A stretch of DNA of 64,000 bases from Mizuhopecten yessoensis (lineage: Eukaryota), in contig NW_018408491.1 of assembly GCF_002113885.1 (NCBI RefSeq), positions 190,061-254,060 on the forward strand, given 5' to 3'. Made by a program: the position numbers and the translations under genes. The notes beneath the pieces are model-generated. The model worked only from the letters and a program-made list of their open reading frames with translations, was not told where the DNA came from and made no database searches. Shown here piece after piece: positions 35,920 through 50,700 of this stretch (position 1 is the stretch's first letter; every line of letters starts with the position of its first letter).

Positions 35920-38529
35920 GAAATCATCCATGTTCAGGAACAGTGAATGTGATTCATGACTTCAACGGAAGTGCAGACCACGCGTGTCCTAGTGACGCAT
36001 TTGTAGTAATACCGGCGGAAATGCAAATACCAAAATTTCGTCAGCTTTCGCAAACTGTTGTAAAAATAATACGTAAGAATATTACTTCTTGAGAATTTTG
36101 TTTGAAAATTTGGCCAACCAATTTCATTATTTTCATGTACGCGATGTTTCAATAACTGAGTAAAATGTAGTTAAAGATATTGAAAAATGGTGTGTAAATG
36201 AATATTGAAAATTGGTCAGCGGTTGCTTAAGCTAACAATACTTATGATAATTTGGCAAAGGTGTGTATTAGTGTAGTAAGTTCCCACGCCGAATTACCGC
36301 ATACATACTATACATATACGAACCCCGAGGCTGCAGAGGTGTGATGAGACCGACGGACAGATCGATCACCTGTCATCGATTGATTTCCAACAAGAGTTCA
36401 GGGAAATACGTAAATGAATCAATTCATATGACTTAATGTTGTTACATCACCACTTACACGGCGTGACAGTTTTTACTGTACCATTTTTTTAAATACTGTC
36501 CCACACGTACGATCATCGATGATTGGTTTTGTTGATCTTTTAATTGAGCTAATGACAACAGCGGGATTTTTATTCATGTACAATTGCTTCAACAAACACT
36601 TTTAAACATCCATACTTTTCGATTACCGAGATCCTCCGAACTTTAGACGGATCCCCATACCAATGAAGGGGAGTACCTGGTCGCCGACGATCGACCCAGA
36701 CCAAGTCCGCTACATTTTCTTTATTTTCGTTTTGTTAGTTTTTTTCTTATAAATATTAGCGAATCAGAGGAATATACACTGTACGTTCTGTATATGTACA
36801 AACTACGGACACTAGATGTCACGAATGGTCAGTATTCTGTAGCTGATCTTTTAGGAGAGCTACTTATATTACATGTAGTCAAGAGGAAATGGTGACACAG
36901 GATTATGAAATATTTCTGATACGAAACAAAATCTGAACACTATTAAATGACGCGAAATCGCAGTTAATCTTACGGAAAAAAATATGTATTGAGATATTAA
37001 TTTTAAAATGATGTAAAAATGTATTGTTATGACTTGACATACAGTCAATACGTTTAATTAATCATAATCCATGTAGACTCCACTACACCGCCGTGGTCAC
37101 CACTTCTCTTATGACGATTGTAGTTTATACATGTTCCTACAATGTATTTGAAAAAAAAAAAAAAAAAAAAAAAAAAANTAATTAAATATCTTGCTTTCGT
37201 CGTTTGTTCTTTCAATTTAGAGATACCAAAAAACGAATGAATACCCGATCTATCAGCATTTAATTGCCCTCCAACTGTTAATATAAAAGAGGCCCGTGGA
37301 CCGAGTATACTACTTGTTATAATTTTTGAAGTACTGACTTGAGTTGAGTTTCGAACTGGATGATAATCATGTATAAAAATCAAGATAACATATTTCATTA
37401 GCCATAATGATGGAACATTCTGTCAGCAACAAAAGCAATCTAAAAGACATCCAAATGAATTTATCACTACATACGTGTAACTTATAAGAATTGATATTTG
37501 TTGCGATTTTTCTTATATATATTTGTTTCCTTTGTAATGTTGTATCCAAAAGGTTGCATGAGACCAAGAGGCATGACATTCATTTTTTTAATGATAATTC
37601 ATCACATATTATATCATAGAGCTCAATAATCCTGCTTGAAATTTGTTTTCAAATGGCTTTCCATAATATTTTTGTAATCCATATTTACAGCACTATTTTA
37701 CCACTCCGAAGGGACCATTAGAACGAGAGAGTTATTTTAACAGTCATTTGTTAATTAGGTTTCACAAGTCATCGGACAACAATATCGGATTAAAAATAAC
37801 AACACATTGTCCTGGCAATCAAATTATTTTCATACCAAATTTCAATAACCAAATTAAATTTGAGTTTTGATTTTTAAGCATTTTTATGGAGGATTTGGTG
37901 GCCATACCTGCTGATCGACTTGATCGATAAAATAACATAATTTTATCAGAACATCATTTTATCGTATGTCATCCTTGTGTCAATTTCTAGGACATGAGAA
38001 TTTCATTTGTTTTGTTTGCAATTATTTTCGAAATGACGGTTGTCATGGACTAACATCGGTAACCTCGTCTGTTCCGGTTATCTTCATCAATATTTATATA
38101 TATATAGGTAAGGAATCTGCCGAGCTGTGACGAGGGTGTCACATGATTTTACTTGTCAACCCCTCGAAATAGCAACATTTATTTTTTTGATTTTGATACA
38201 TATTTTATTTGCATCAAAATAAACATTGGGATTGGGCACAAGTTTTCTAATTTATATAAAGCGAGAGAGAGAGACTTTGCTTTGATTTTGATTTTGAGTT
38301 TTTTTTTAAATGTTGACAATCTTTTTCGACACCGACGGCAGAAGTTTACACTATACACTTTTCAAATAATTTCATCTTGAACTATTGTCCATCACATCCC
38401 GTGCCTTGATTTGCTTCTTCCTTGTCGTTCCATTCGTTCTTGAATATCCGTTTCTCTTCTGCCGTCAGCATCGAACAAAAATACAATCTGATTTTTATTA
38501 TTACTATTCGTTTATCTATAAAGAGATAT

Positions 38530-40265
38530 AAAAATCTATGAGAGTCTGAAATATATTGCTGGGTGCTTTGACATATTTCAATGTAGTTTTCTAAAGATAA
38601 ATTATTACTACAATGTAATAGTAACTGCAGGTCTAGCGGGATGCATTCATTCAATTCACGGTACAATTTTATTCTTTGGTCCGCATAATTATTACAAACA
38701 AAGAAGAAGTGGTATGAATCTTCAATAGGATGACCGCACTGCCAGTGACGATAGACAATTAAATTAGATTGGAATAGATCATCATTAAAAGTACTAGATC
38801 TATTTCTCAGTCTGACTTGCAATATATTGGATTTCCGATTTCCGATCAAATGATAATTTGGAACTTTTGTCATGGTTCGAAGAGATTTTTTAAAGACTGC
38901 GAACGAAACACTATTTCTAATTTCAAGATCTAGTTGGTTCTAAAGTCGAGTCGTAGATGGGAAAATGATAAGTTGGTTAGTTGAGGTCGGAAATTTGGTA
39001 TGGAGTGGTTATTTGCGTCACGGAGGTGATAATGTGAGTTTTCTGAGACTAAAGGGGGCAGTAAAGAAATTAGATAACCGGGCGTGAGTTTGTTAATAAT
39101 TTTGAAGAATAGCTGTAGTTTCCTCCTAGAACGTCGATTTGATCGCGGTTCTAACGTTAACCCACTTTCAGAATATAAAGAAATTCTACTAGCATAAGAC
39201 GGCATTCCAGTGATTATTCAAACAGACTCCAACTTAAGTTTTTCCAATTTGTCTGCGTCACCGAGAGAGCACCCGTCCCAAACCTCACAACAATATTCTA
39301 ATAAGAGAAGAATGTATGATTTAAAGATTTTGAATAAAGTCTGTCGATTTAACATATATTTAAGTTTACGAAGGATACATACCTGCTTGGACACATTTTT
39401 ACATATATTTTCTATACGTTTACTCCATTTACAATTTACGTCCAAAATAACTCCTATGTGCTTATGATTATCTACAAAGTCAACACTCACATTATTGAAT
39501 TTAATATATATCACATGATCATGTTCAATGCTTGAAATGAGTAAAGCTTCCGTTTTTAGGGGATTACATTTTACACACCACTTTTCTGCCCACTTTTGAA
39601 TTTTAACTAGGTCGCTGTTAATTTTAGTTTCGATAGCCAACAGGGATGGTTTAGAGCATAATAAAGACGTGTCGTCAGCAAACAATTTTGAAAGACTTTC
39701 GAGGTTATCAGATATATCATTTATGTAGATAATAAAAAGTAAAGGACCTAAAACTGAACCTTGTGGATCGCCTGCATTTGTAGCTTTAACGGAAGATTTC
39801 CTATTTCCAAAACAAGACTTGTTGTTTTCGGTTACTTATATAGTTGTTTAACCAGACAAGTAGTTTTCCATGTATACATGTACCATGGTTTGTTAATTTT
39901 ACATTCAGTCCCTTGTGCCACACACGATCGAACGCTTTAGAAATATCATAAAAAATACCTAGACAGGATGATTCCATTTTGTCAATATTTTCACATAATG
40001 TATGATATATTTCAATTATTTGATGAACAGTAGAAAATCAGATTGGTATTTATATATCAGTGAATTTTCCAGCAAATAATTATTTAAGTATTTAATAACC
40101 AAACGTTCGAAAACTTTCCCGATAGTACTGTACTTAGTAGTGCTATTGGTCTATAATTTGCAGAATCTTTTTTTATCACCTTTTTTAAATAATGGCATAA
40201 CTAGAGCAAATTTCCACTGTTTCGGAAAGATACCAGTTTCCAAAGAAGATCTAAATATTAGAGAT
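38530..40265 (-). mobile_element. 5'-truncated, frameshifted non-LTR retrotransposon (CR1/L2-like) reverse-transcriptase region
   Basis: PQGSVLGPLLFIIYINDI, FADDTSL, HKHIGV, LEYCCEVWD and the C-terminal CGHPIEDSYHFFFVC, split over several frames. Confidence 0.9.
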
Positions 40266-40374
40266 AAAGTAAAGGGATTTATTTGGAATGCCATATTGGA
40301 TTAGCAGCTAGCACTTCCTCACATGACGACGTAAGAAGCCTATGGCAAAGCCGTTTTGGTTTTTACCCATTAAA

Positions 40375-40566
40375 AACAGATATCTGCATATTTAAGATAG
40401 ATATATCTGTAATATTGAAATAAACATATCTGTATTTCAAATACCAATATATGTATTTATGATTACAGATATCTGTATTTAAATTTAAGATATCTGCATC
40501 TCAATTACAGATATCTATTATTTATTTGCAAATAAAGATATCTGTATTTTAATTACAGATATCTAT
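40375..40566. repeat. Degenerate 21-22-bp tandem array with palindromic core CAGATATCTG, probably MITE-derived
   Basis: About 9 degenerate ACAGATATCTGTATT-like units, ~320 bp upstream of the VKOR ATG. Confidence 0.7.
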
Positions 40567-40887
40567 GAATATTTTTTTTATATATTACGGAAGAATTCAA
40601 ATTGAAAATGTGGTGTAATATGTAAGCATGGAAGTAACTGGAGGTACTCGTTACACACCGTGACACATTTTGAGCTGACGTGTGATTAGCCGCTTAGAAC
40701 AATTGAAACAGAAACTAATTTCATTCCTTCATTATAAAATACATTATGAAACATATTTCAGCATGCATCTTTAACATATTATATAACATGGATAATAACT
40801 AGCTTAAGAACTGTTAGTATAAATCAAGTATATTTTCTTATTTGCTAGAACGTAAGCGACAAAAGCCGACTGTCAAAATTTGAAACT

Positions 40888-41066
40888 ATGGGTGTTCGTG
40901 GAAGGTCCAGATTTTTGCTGTTTTCAACATATATTCTAAGTTTCGTCGGTATTTTGTTATCTCTATACGCTTATTATGTGGAGACATCGGCAGAAAAGGA
41001 CAAGTCATTCAAGGCCATGTGTGATTTCAGCGAGAGTGTCAGCTGTTCCAAGGTGTTCACGTCCAG
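40888..41066 (+). CDS. VKORC1: Vitamin K epoxide reductase, exon 1
   Basis: LSLYAYYVE..AMCDFSESVSCSKVFTSR contains the loop cysteine pair. Donor AG|GTAAGA, phase 2. Confidence 0.95.
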
Positions 41067-43849
41067 GTAAGAACTCACTTGACAGGTCGACCAGGGCAAC
41101 ACGTAACGTTACGTTTCGTGAGGCAAAATAGTAATTACGGCGTGTGTCATTGAATCAGTCTGTTGACGTCATACACATACTACACGTAGATGCCGATGAA
41201 CTTTACTACCGACACAAACAGTACTACAGTACTGTAAGGAGATTGCGTGGGTTCAGGATTGCTAAGGGCTAGTACAAGCCAGTACAGTCTGTCAATTGAG
41301 CTGTTTCGATTTTCTAAATGCTTAACGTTAGCGTAGGCAAATTCACCCTGTGACGAAAATGCAGTATGACGTCATAATACATAAGATGTGACTAACATCA
41401 CCCTAGTCTTTAACATGTAGTTAAAGCCTTCAAAAAGTTTGACAAGATGTTTATGAAAATGACGATCAGAAAATTGGATAATTCATTTTCCATTTTTCTA
41501 GTTCTTTATTTAGAAAACAACCAACGAGCAGTATCTTTTAAAAAAATATTGTTAACGTCTATCATTCAGTCATCTTACAACACTTTAATTAAAATACCAT
41601 CTGGAAATTTTCCAAATTTATTCTGAAAGAAATTGTTGTCGGCCTGAAAGTACTGCTGTACAATCGCATGATGACTGCAAGCATAGAGACCGACAGTAAC
41701 CAAAGACTGATTTGATTAAGTTTTCAAGTCCCATTTTTTTTTTTTTTTAATTTGTCAGTTGTTTCCTGTTTATGTGCAATTAGATTGGAGATGTACATAT
41801 GATAAATTATCCAAAATATGGGGGGTGAGGTGGGGGGGGGGGGGGAGACGACCATTTATAGCCCTGGACTTCTCATCCGGACCCGATGAAAAACATAATT
41901 TTGGGTATCGATTTGTAAGTTAATATTTGTTCAGGACTGAATCTTTGTTGTGATGCATGAAAATTGATCTCATCTCATCCGATCCCAGCCATCTAAGTAT
42001 TCAAACAGCATTTAAACCAGTTTCTTCAAGTTACCGAAAATTAACTAGAACAAAGTTGTGAAGAAAAGCCACTTATTTCAATGTAAATCACACACACATT
42101 CGGAGTTGTCGTATCAGTACGACTTGTGTAACATAAACATACAAAATATTACATTTAAACATTTTCATTACTTGCAAATTAGTGAAATGTTTGAAAGTGG
42201 CATTTTTGGACAAATTATTAACCGAAACTCACTAATGTGATAACTTGCCTGCACTCTCGTTATTTGTATAGCTATATGTATAATGCTCTTCCTCCAAACA
42301 TTGTCTCTTACAAATATGAATGACTTCAAATCAGGGCTGAAGAAATACCACATCAGCACATGTAAACAGATACCCCTTTGTTTCTCATTATTTTTCTTTT
42401 TATATGTTATTGTTATACATATTTCATAATGAGGATCTCCCAACACGATTTTTAGTCAATATAGTCTTTTTGTTCTAGTTTAAATTATTTCTGTGTTTCA
42501 TTATATTGTCTGTTGATGTCATTGACACTCCACGGGTTATGCTCGCTTACATTCTCTGCACCGCTGGATGTGACCTACCAAATTGACGGCATAAGCACCT
42601 ATATCTATTTGACATACACATGTGATGTCTCCCGATATGACCGGGAATCTCCCGATATCGAGCATCAAAACAGCCATCCCCAGTTCCTCCCTTTTTGACA
42701 TTGCGATCTCCCTATCATAATAAATTCCGTTATCCCCTTTTGTCACCCCAAACTTAAGAAACTTGAAAATAATTAATGCTGTAGTGCAAAACCTGTCTCC
42801 AGTGAGCCACCAACACAAGAAACCAGCAGTGACCACCCGTGTTGTTACAGTAATATAATTTAGGTATTTCAAATGCTTTAATATCTCAATGGTGATAATC
42901 AGGAGCACGGGCAGCCCAGACTTATCGAACCCGATCACATCACACAAGGATTCAGTTTAGTTGAAGCTGCTTTTGGATCATTGTTCAGCAATTATTCATA
43001 ATAGAAGGTGATGTTGTAATTGGAAGTATTTTGACATTTGTAGCTGAAATTAAACATGTCTTCCTGATCATTTAATGCAGATATATGGAATCAAAATGGG
43101 GCAAGCACAATAATTATCTTCAAGAAATTTTAAGCAATATTTATATCTTGTTAGCTTAATAGGTGTTTACCCCCACCCCCCACATGACAGTTCTTGGCAT
43201 AATAATAAGACTTTGGAAGTATATATGTAACTTCAATTATCTATTTCTTAAAAAAAGTCAGCGAATTATGAGTACAGTAACCTAAATTTATCAAAATATC
43301 TGGACTGGAAATGAATAATATTCAACAATAAATGTTTAGAATAGCTATTATATTTATTGGATAATAAATTAATATTGGTATTGTTTCTGATGGTGTATGT
43401 CTTTTATAAAATAAAGTTGATAAGAAAATTACCAAAACAACTATGAGAGATGATGGCAAAAACATGTATAATACATAGCTGGTTTCTTAGACTTCTGTCT
43501 TTAACATAATATTTATTACAATATACAGATATTAAATACATATATAATTGTCCAGGTTGATGTACCTTTCATGTTACAACACAACATTTCGCTAGATGTC
43601 TGCAGAAAGACTTGAGCATTGTTTATGTGTATGCAGCCTGTTTACGGTGAGCTATTGCGAACGCCTTTTGTTCATCGTCGTGCGTAAGCAATCACATTTT
43701 CCACTTCTCAGCAATTGCCTGTCAGATTTTGATGATACTTAGTGGTAATCATCAGCATTGGTTGGGATCAGAATCTATGAGAGGGACTTTATAATATGCT
43801 GATAATGATGTGTATATTTTGTACATTTTTTACAAATTATTGTCGACAG

Positions 43850-43959
43850 GTATGGAAGGGGCTTTGGACTTCTCCAGTATATTGTGGGACATGACAGTCC
43901 GCTGAACCAACCAAACAGTGTGTTTGGTATGATGTTCTACCTCATGCAGATCGTCTGTG
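43850..43959 (+). CDS. VKORC1: Vitamin K epoxide reductase, exon 2 (110 bp)
   Basis: [36 protein letters not shown], with CAG| and |GTGAGT boundaries and compatible phases. Confidence 0.95.
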
Positions 43960-44314
43960 GTGAGTATGAATGCATATATACATTTATTCAATCTTTGATT
44001 ATCTTCCCTTGTATTAGCATTAATTTCACTTTGTTTTCCAAAATAAAATAATTCAATTATTCTAAAATTTAATTCAAGACCTGATAGTCTGATACAAAAC
44101 TCACATTCATTTTTAGGGGTCAAACAATATCCCTATGTCCATTTTCAAAATGAAATTCTACACAAAGCCATTGAAACGTTCACTTTGATTAACGAGGGGA
44201 AAAAATCCTGTGTCTTTCCTGTATAGCATATAGTTTCACTTTATTCACCAGAAAGAAAGAAAAATTCCTTATGCACAAGCTGAAAATTAGGAAATTTACT
44301 GCTTTCCAGTATTA

Positions 44315-45694
44315 TTAGCTCACCTGGCCCAAAGGGCCAAGTGAGCTTATGGCATGGTGCGGCGTCCGTCATCCGTCCCTCATCCGACGTCTGTCCGGCG
44401 TCAACCTTTTACTTTAAACAACTTCTTCTCAGTAGCCAAAAGGCCTAGGGTGATGATATTTGGCCAGAAGCATGCTTGGATGAAGGGCTACCAAGTTTGT
44501 TCAAATACATGACCTTCATCAATTTTAAAGGTCACAGGGGTCAAATATGTTAAAATCTTTAAACAACTTCTTCTGAATAACCAATTAAAGAAGCCTAGGA
44601 TGATGATATTTGGCCAGTAACATGCTTGGATGAAGGGCTTCCAAGTTTGTTCAAATGACCTTGCCTTATATTTAAGATCACAGGGGTCAAATATGTTAAA
44701 ATCTTTTAAACAACTTCTTCTGAATAACCGAGAGGCCTAGGGTTATGATATTTGACCAGTAACATGCCTGGATGAAGGGCTACCAAGTTTGTTCAAATAA
44801 ATGATCTTGACTTATATCTAAGGTCACAGGGGTCAAATATGTTAAAAACATTTAAACAACTTTTTCTGAATAACCGAGAGGCCTAGGGTGATGATACTTG
44901 GGCAGTAATATGCTTGGATGAAGGGCTACCAAGTTTGTTCAAATAAATGACCTTGACTTATATTCAAGGACTCAGAGGGCAAATATGTTTGAAATATTTA
45001 AACAACTTTTGAATAACCAATAGGCCTAGGGTGATGATATTTGGCTAGTAGCATGCTGGGATGAAGGGCTATAAAGTTTGTTCAAATGAATGACCTTCAT
45101 CTTTTTTCAAGGTCACAGGATCAAATATGTTCTTAACCTTTAAACAACTTCTTCTGAATAAACAAGAGGCCTAGGATAATGCCAGTAACATGCTGGGATG
45201 AAGGGCTACTAAGTTCAAATGAATGACCATGACATATATATTTTAAGGTCACAGAGGTCAAATATTTTTAAAACCATTGAATGACTTCTTAATAAGCAAA
45301 AGGCCAAGGGTGATGATACATGTATATTTGGCCAGTAACATGCTGGGATGAAGGACTACCAAGTGAATGACCTTCGCCCATATTCAAGGTTACAGTGGTC
45401 AATATATGTTTAAATCTTTAAATGATTTGTTCTGTATAACCAGAAGGTCCAGGGCAATGATATTTTTCCAGAAGCATGCTGGGTTGGAAGACTATAAACT
45501 CTGTTCAACCTAATATTATAATGTCCTTGTTCGACATTCAAGGTCACAGGTGTCATATGTTTATACATCTTTTAATAGGTTCTTATGAATGAAACACTGA
45601 TATTTTGCCTGTAGCTGTATTTTAGTCCACTTTTAAGATTACAAGTGTGAGATTAATACCAGGTGAGCGATGCAGGCCCATTGGGCCTCTTGTT
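44315..45694 (+). mobile_element. Non-autonomous Helentron-type element (HINE) with ~8 internal ~146-bp repeats, in VKOR intron 2
   Basis: TTAGCTCACCTGGCCCAAAGGGCCAAGTGAGC start, (GTCC)n-like tract, AAGGTCACAGGGGTCAAATATG monomers, and end CAGGTGAGCGATGCAGGCCCATTGGGCCTCTTGTT. Confidence 0.87.
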
Positions 45695-46765
45695 ATAAAA
45701 TAGGACCAATACTGGTATCTAAGGCTATGTTCTGTGGTTATAACTTCTATTTTCAATATGTGATTATCTCCCCTTGATCATGTCCGGATTTAAAATCTGA
45801 CTTTCTATCATCTTTTTGGCATCATTCAACGTAAAAGAGTGACTTGCCTTGATTCAGGTTTAAGTTATTAAGTTGATGAAATTATACAATAATCTAACTC
45901 TTAAGATTTTTTTTAAGACAAATGAGACACACCTGAAGATGAAGTGATTACAACTATACCTATTGAATTTATTTGAAGTTCTTTCAATATACATGGCATG
46001 TTGTTCCTGTGTTTCTTTGATTGCTTCAAATGTCCCTCTATTTAATAATTTATTGTAACACTGACCAAACCCTGGTTTTCAATAAAAGGAACTTCCTGTA
46101 GGAGTTAACTCAATCAGTGTTTGATAACTGCTGCATCAACTTTGCAAGCTATCTGTTAAATGAAAGGAACACAATATTGTATTTGTGAAGATTCTTCTGG
46201 TTCCTGTTCTGGTTCTTCCTGTTATAACATGTAGGCAGGCTGTTAATCTTAGATGAAGATATCTTGTTAAATCTTGAAAAGTTGAAGTATTCCTGCATCA
46301 CCCAAAGAAGGTGTACCATGCATTGTACAGCAGTATATGCATATTGTCTTAGTAAGGGGAGACACATGATTTTATTCACAAAAATTGATCTCGAGTTTAA
46401 GGATCCCTGTACACATGTGCCACTACACTGCAATTTTTCCTGCAGATGTATTTACATGTAGTCACCTCCCTTTAATTTTCTTTTCGATATGAGTATATGA
46501 CTGTAGTACAGTTGGGCGAGGAAACTTTTGTTGACCGGGAAGCCCCGTCAGTTAGAGTGAAAGTATAGTAATCTGGAGTCAAGGGTTTGAATCCCAGTCT
46601 AGCACAGCTAAAAAAAAAATACTCTTGTTGAATACAGTTTGTTTCTTTCACCTTCATTACTTTTGTCATAAATTTCTCAAAATGTATGATTTTCTTTTCA
46701 GAAATTATTAATCATAGCTGTTGTTATGATGGAAAGTTTCTTGTGTGCGTATAGTTGTGATTTTG

Positions 46766-47463
46766 GAAGTGGTACGGGGATCTGTAAAGATCTGTAAAGT
46801 GGTACGGGGATCTGTAAAGATCTGTAAAGTGGTACAGGGATCTGTAAAGTGGTACAGGGATCTGTAAAGTGGTACAGGGAACTGTAAAGTGGTACGGGGA
46901 TCTGTAAAGATCTGTAAAGTGGTACAGTTCCCCGTACCACTTTACCGATCCCTGTACCACTTTACATATCCCTGTACCACTTTACAGGGATCTGTAAAGT
47001 GGTACGGGGATCTGTAAAGTGGTACGGGGATCTGTAAAGTGGTATGGGGATCTGTAAAGATCTGTAAAGTGGTACGGGGATCTGTAAAGTGGTACCGGGA
47101 ACTGTAAAGTGGTGCGGGGATCTGTAAAGTTGTACGGGGAACTTTAAAGTGGTGCGGGGATCTGTAAAGTTGTACGGGGAACTTTAAAGTGGTGCGGGGA
47201 TCTGTAAAGTTGTACGGGGATCTGTAAAGTCGTACGGGGAACTGTAAAGTGGTGCGGGGATCTGTAAAGTTGTACGGGGATCTGTAAAGATCTGTATAGT
47301 GGTACGGGGACCTGTAAAGTGGTACAGGTATCTGTAAAGTGGTACGGAGAGCTGTAAAGTGGTACAGGGATCTGTAAAGGGGGACGGGGAACTGTAAAGT
47401 GGGACGGGGAACTGTAAAGTGGTACGGGGAACTGTAAAGTGGTACGGGGAACTGTAAAGTGGT
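46766..47463. repeat. 20-bp minisatellite GGGGATCTGTAAAGTGGTAC (~33 units) with an internal 3-unit inversion
   Basis: Directly visible, with an inverted block at ~46924-46987. It ends ~50 bp before the VKOR exon 3 acceptor. Confidence 0.95.
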
Positions 47464-47515
47464 ATTGTTAGGTTGTCTTTCCTGTCCTCTTTCTCAAGTT
47501 TTATTTTCATTTCAG

Positions 47516-47742
47516 CCTCAAGTGTCCTACCTATGTTGACCACCGTACAGATTATAACGGGAGTGATGGCTAACTTTGGTTCAGTGTATCTCGCCTACAT
47601 TCTCTACTTCATCCTGGAGGACTTTTGTGTCGTCTGTGTATCAACGTATGTCGTCAACGCCTTCATTTTGGCCTGTGCATGTTTGAAGCAGAGGAACTAC
47701 AACTCGGCACAAAAAACAAAGAGGAAACACAAACAGAGCTAA
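47516..47742 (+). CDS. VKORC1: Vitamin K epoxide reductase, exon 3 (total protein 171 aa)
   Basis: GSVYLAYILYFILEDFCVVCVSTYVVN contains the active-site CXXC. The C-terminal KHKQS fits the KxKxx ER-retrieval motif. Acceptor TTTCAG|. Confidence 0.95.
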
Positions 47743-50700
47743 TAATTGATGACACGCAAAAACAAAAAGAAAATCCATTTCTTTCATAATATATATTTGT
47801 ATGACTGCATGTTAGTGCATTTGAATGATAAATATTTGATCAAAAGAATGTAAAAAAAAATCTGAGTAGGCTGCTTTTTATTGTGGTTGAATTTAGACCA
47901 CGGGTATACAGAAAGAGAATGGCAGACTGCTCCCTAGGTTTAAGCCATACTTGCCAACTTTTTTTAAAATTTCCACGGGGGAGATTGTGCACACTCAGAA
48001 ATAAGTCCATATATTGATATAATGTATGTATGTACACCGTAGGGAAAAATATCACTTATAAATGACTTCTTTTAGATAAAAGCATTGGATGTTAAAGCTC
48101 AATTTTAGGGTCCAAAATTGGGGAGTCTCCCTCGAAAAAAGGGGAAGTTGGAATGTTAAGCATTGCACAATCATCATTTAGTTTGACCTTAGTTTGACCT
48201 TTAGTCATTTAAGCTGGGGTTTTTTGTCTTTATTTTCTTGTACTTTGTTTTTAATTCTAATGCTTTTCACTTTCTGCCTTGTTGATACATCTGTAGAGGG
48301 GATGCAGGGAAGGACATGCAGGGGTGAATGAGGCTGAACAAGTTAGTGCAGCGAGCAGTGTCAAATCTGTTAATGTTTTATATATCTCTCAAATTAAAAT
48401 AGCAAAATTTGTATTGTTTATTAGCTCATTCACCCCTACATATTTTTAAATTGGACTTGCCCAGTCTTTCTGGGGGGGAAATTTGATAAATGTGACTTCA
48501 GGGGAAAATGGGTTAATTGCTTTCATTTATGAAGGAAAATCCTAATGTAACTTATTTTTCTATTTGCGTTGGATTGTATTGAGGTGTCCTCCAAATAGTA
48601 TGATACAAACAACGAGAATCGCATTCAAATAACTTTTTATATCTTACAAAGATTTTATCCCATGTTTTCAAAATTAGCCATTTTAAGTTTGAAATGTTTT
48701 GCAAAACATGTATTAAAAATACGTTTATACCCCTATCGACAAAAGGTAGGGAGGTAAAACTGGAATCAGGGTTTCAGTCTGGTTATCTGTCCATGGATGG
48801 AAGCTTGTATGACATGTCGCATTTATGAACTTAAATTACTGCCACTAAACTTCCCAACCTGTTTTTATGAAACTTGATACACAGATAAAATCAATACCTT
48901 AGGTTGTATTATGCTTGCAACTTACCCGTATTTATTATGTAAACAGTTTTGTTGCAAGTTATATATATTTATCTAAAGAATAATGCTTTCCTGATTTACC
49001 AATACTTAGAACAAATGATAAGTGCCTTAGATTGTGAGATTGAAATCCATTTTTGTCCCTCACCCATTCCTTCTCCACAAGTATTTAATGTGCCCCTTTG
49101 CTTATTTTTTGTTTGGGTGGCAAAGTAAAAAGTTTGTCTGTGGTTTTCAGGGTTTTTGGAATTCAAATTAATGACAAGATTGTATGTTAAATGTAAAATC
49201 AATATACGGTGAAAAATCATTCCTTCGGTTTGCTCAATTTCTTTTCAATTTAAGTTTGACAGCTACTGTTTTATTTCATAGTACTTTGTGTCAACATGAG
49301 AATAGGAAGTCATCTGAACTTAATTTCTCAATCAAAATATCCTTCATAAAATGTTCTATTTTGTAAAATTGAAGAATAACATGCATTAAGGTAGTAAATC
49401 ATTGCAAGTACAATCAATAAGCACAGTTGACAGTTGTTATTTAAACCTTTATCTTTAATTGATTTTGAAAAATCAGGAGACAGATCATTTGTTATCATAC
49501 CAGAAGAGTAAGTAAATCTGCCGGAAGCATTTAAATTTACTTTCCTGTCAAATCTTATATATAGCAATTATAAATGATTTGTTAAAGGATTTTATTGATT
49601 TCTGGTATTGATTTATACTGCTGGACTAAATTTGAACGATTGTGTCAAATTGTGTCAAAAGGAACTATAAATACATTGAGCATACAACTCTGTTGAAAGG
49701 TAATGAAAATAGACACCGTAAGAAATATGCATCTAAGATATTGATTCATGGATCAGAATGTTATTAATTGAAATTTATTTGTTTTGAACAATTATGGAAC
49801 AAGTTTTATCAACTTGTATTAGTCAATTTTGTTCCCCTAGATGGAAATGCACAAGAGGTCCTAATGTGGAAGGAAACGGGGGTATGCGGAAAAAATCTGC
49901 ACGGTGAGGGTTATGAACCCCTAGCCTTCCAACGTTATGTGTACATCCTCCTATATTCCAGGGTGTTTATTGTATCCATATTAGCATGTTTGATAGTATG
50001 TTAACAAACTTTGTTATTCTGTCAGACTATCATAGATGTATTAATTGTAACAAATAGGGTTGTAAACGGTTAATTAGTTGCTCGGTCGGAAGACTGTGAA
50101 CTATTTAACAAAATCAATAACTTAATAATCGAATATTTGTTGGTTGATTGATTACCAAACAGACCAAAACATGTTACGTCCTTAAATGACCATGCTTAGC
50201 TGTTAAAAGGGCATAAAACACAAAACAAACAACAACAAAAAACTGACCGATTGACTGGTTACTCGGCTGGTAATAAGTGTTTCAAAACTGTTACAGTTTT
50301 ATTGATTTTTTAGTATGATCACTACTTCTGGCTGAGAATATGTAACAAATGCCTTCATTCTGGTTTTTGTGTGTGTGATTTTTAACAAGCACTCTAGCTC
50401 TTCAATAATGCTCCGCACATCAAGTGCAATATAGTTTGTGCAGTATATTTCGTAATCTGATTTTAGGGAGTGAAAACAAAATGAAAAATTACTTAAAACT
50501 AACCCTTCAATTATTGGTTTGATGTAGCTTATTTGTATTCAGTTCTTGTTGTTTACTTTATCGATAAAAATAATTCAGGATAAGAAATTGGATTTTTTGC
50601 AGACAGACTCTAGTTTTTATATGTAACCAGTGACTTGTAGCAGCTCTTACAGATGGAAGTGAGATATATAGAATTCAATTTTCCATGAGATTAATTTTTT

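Noticed and set aside
37151-37178. Poly-A run ending in N, as a possible retrocopy tail
   Set aside because: No upstream element or TSD was identified, and the N suggests a homopolymer assembly uncertainty.
46698-47543. Repetitive ORFs (LQIPVPLY..., YHFTD...)
   Set aside because: They are translations of the 20-bp intronic minisatellite.
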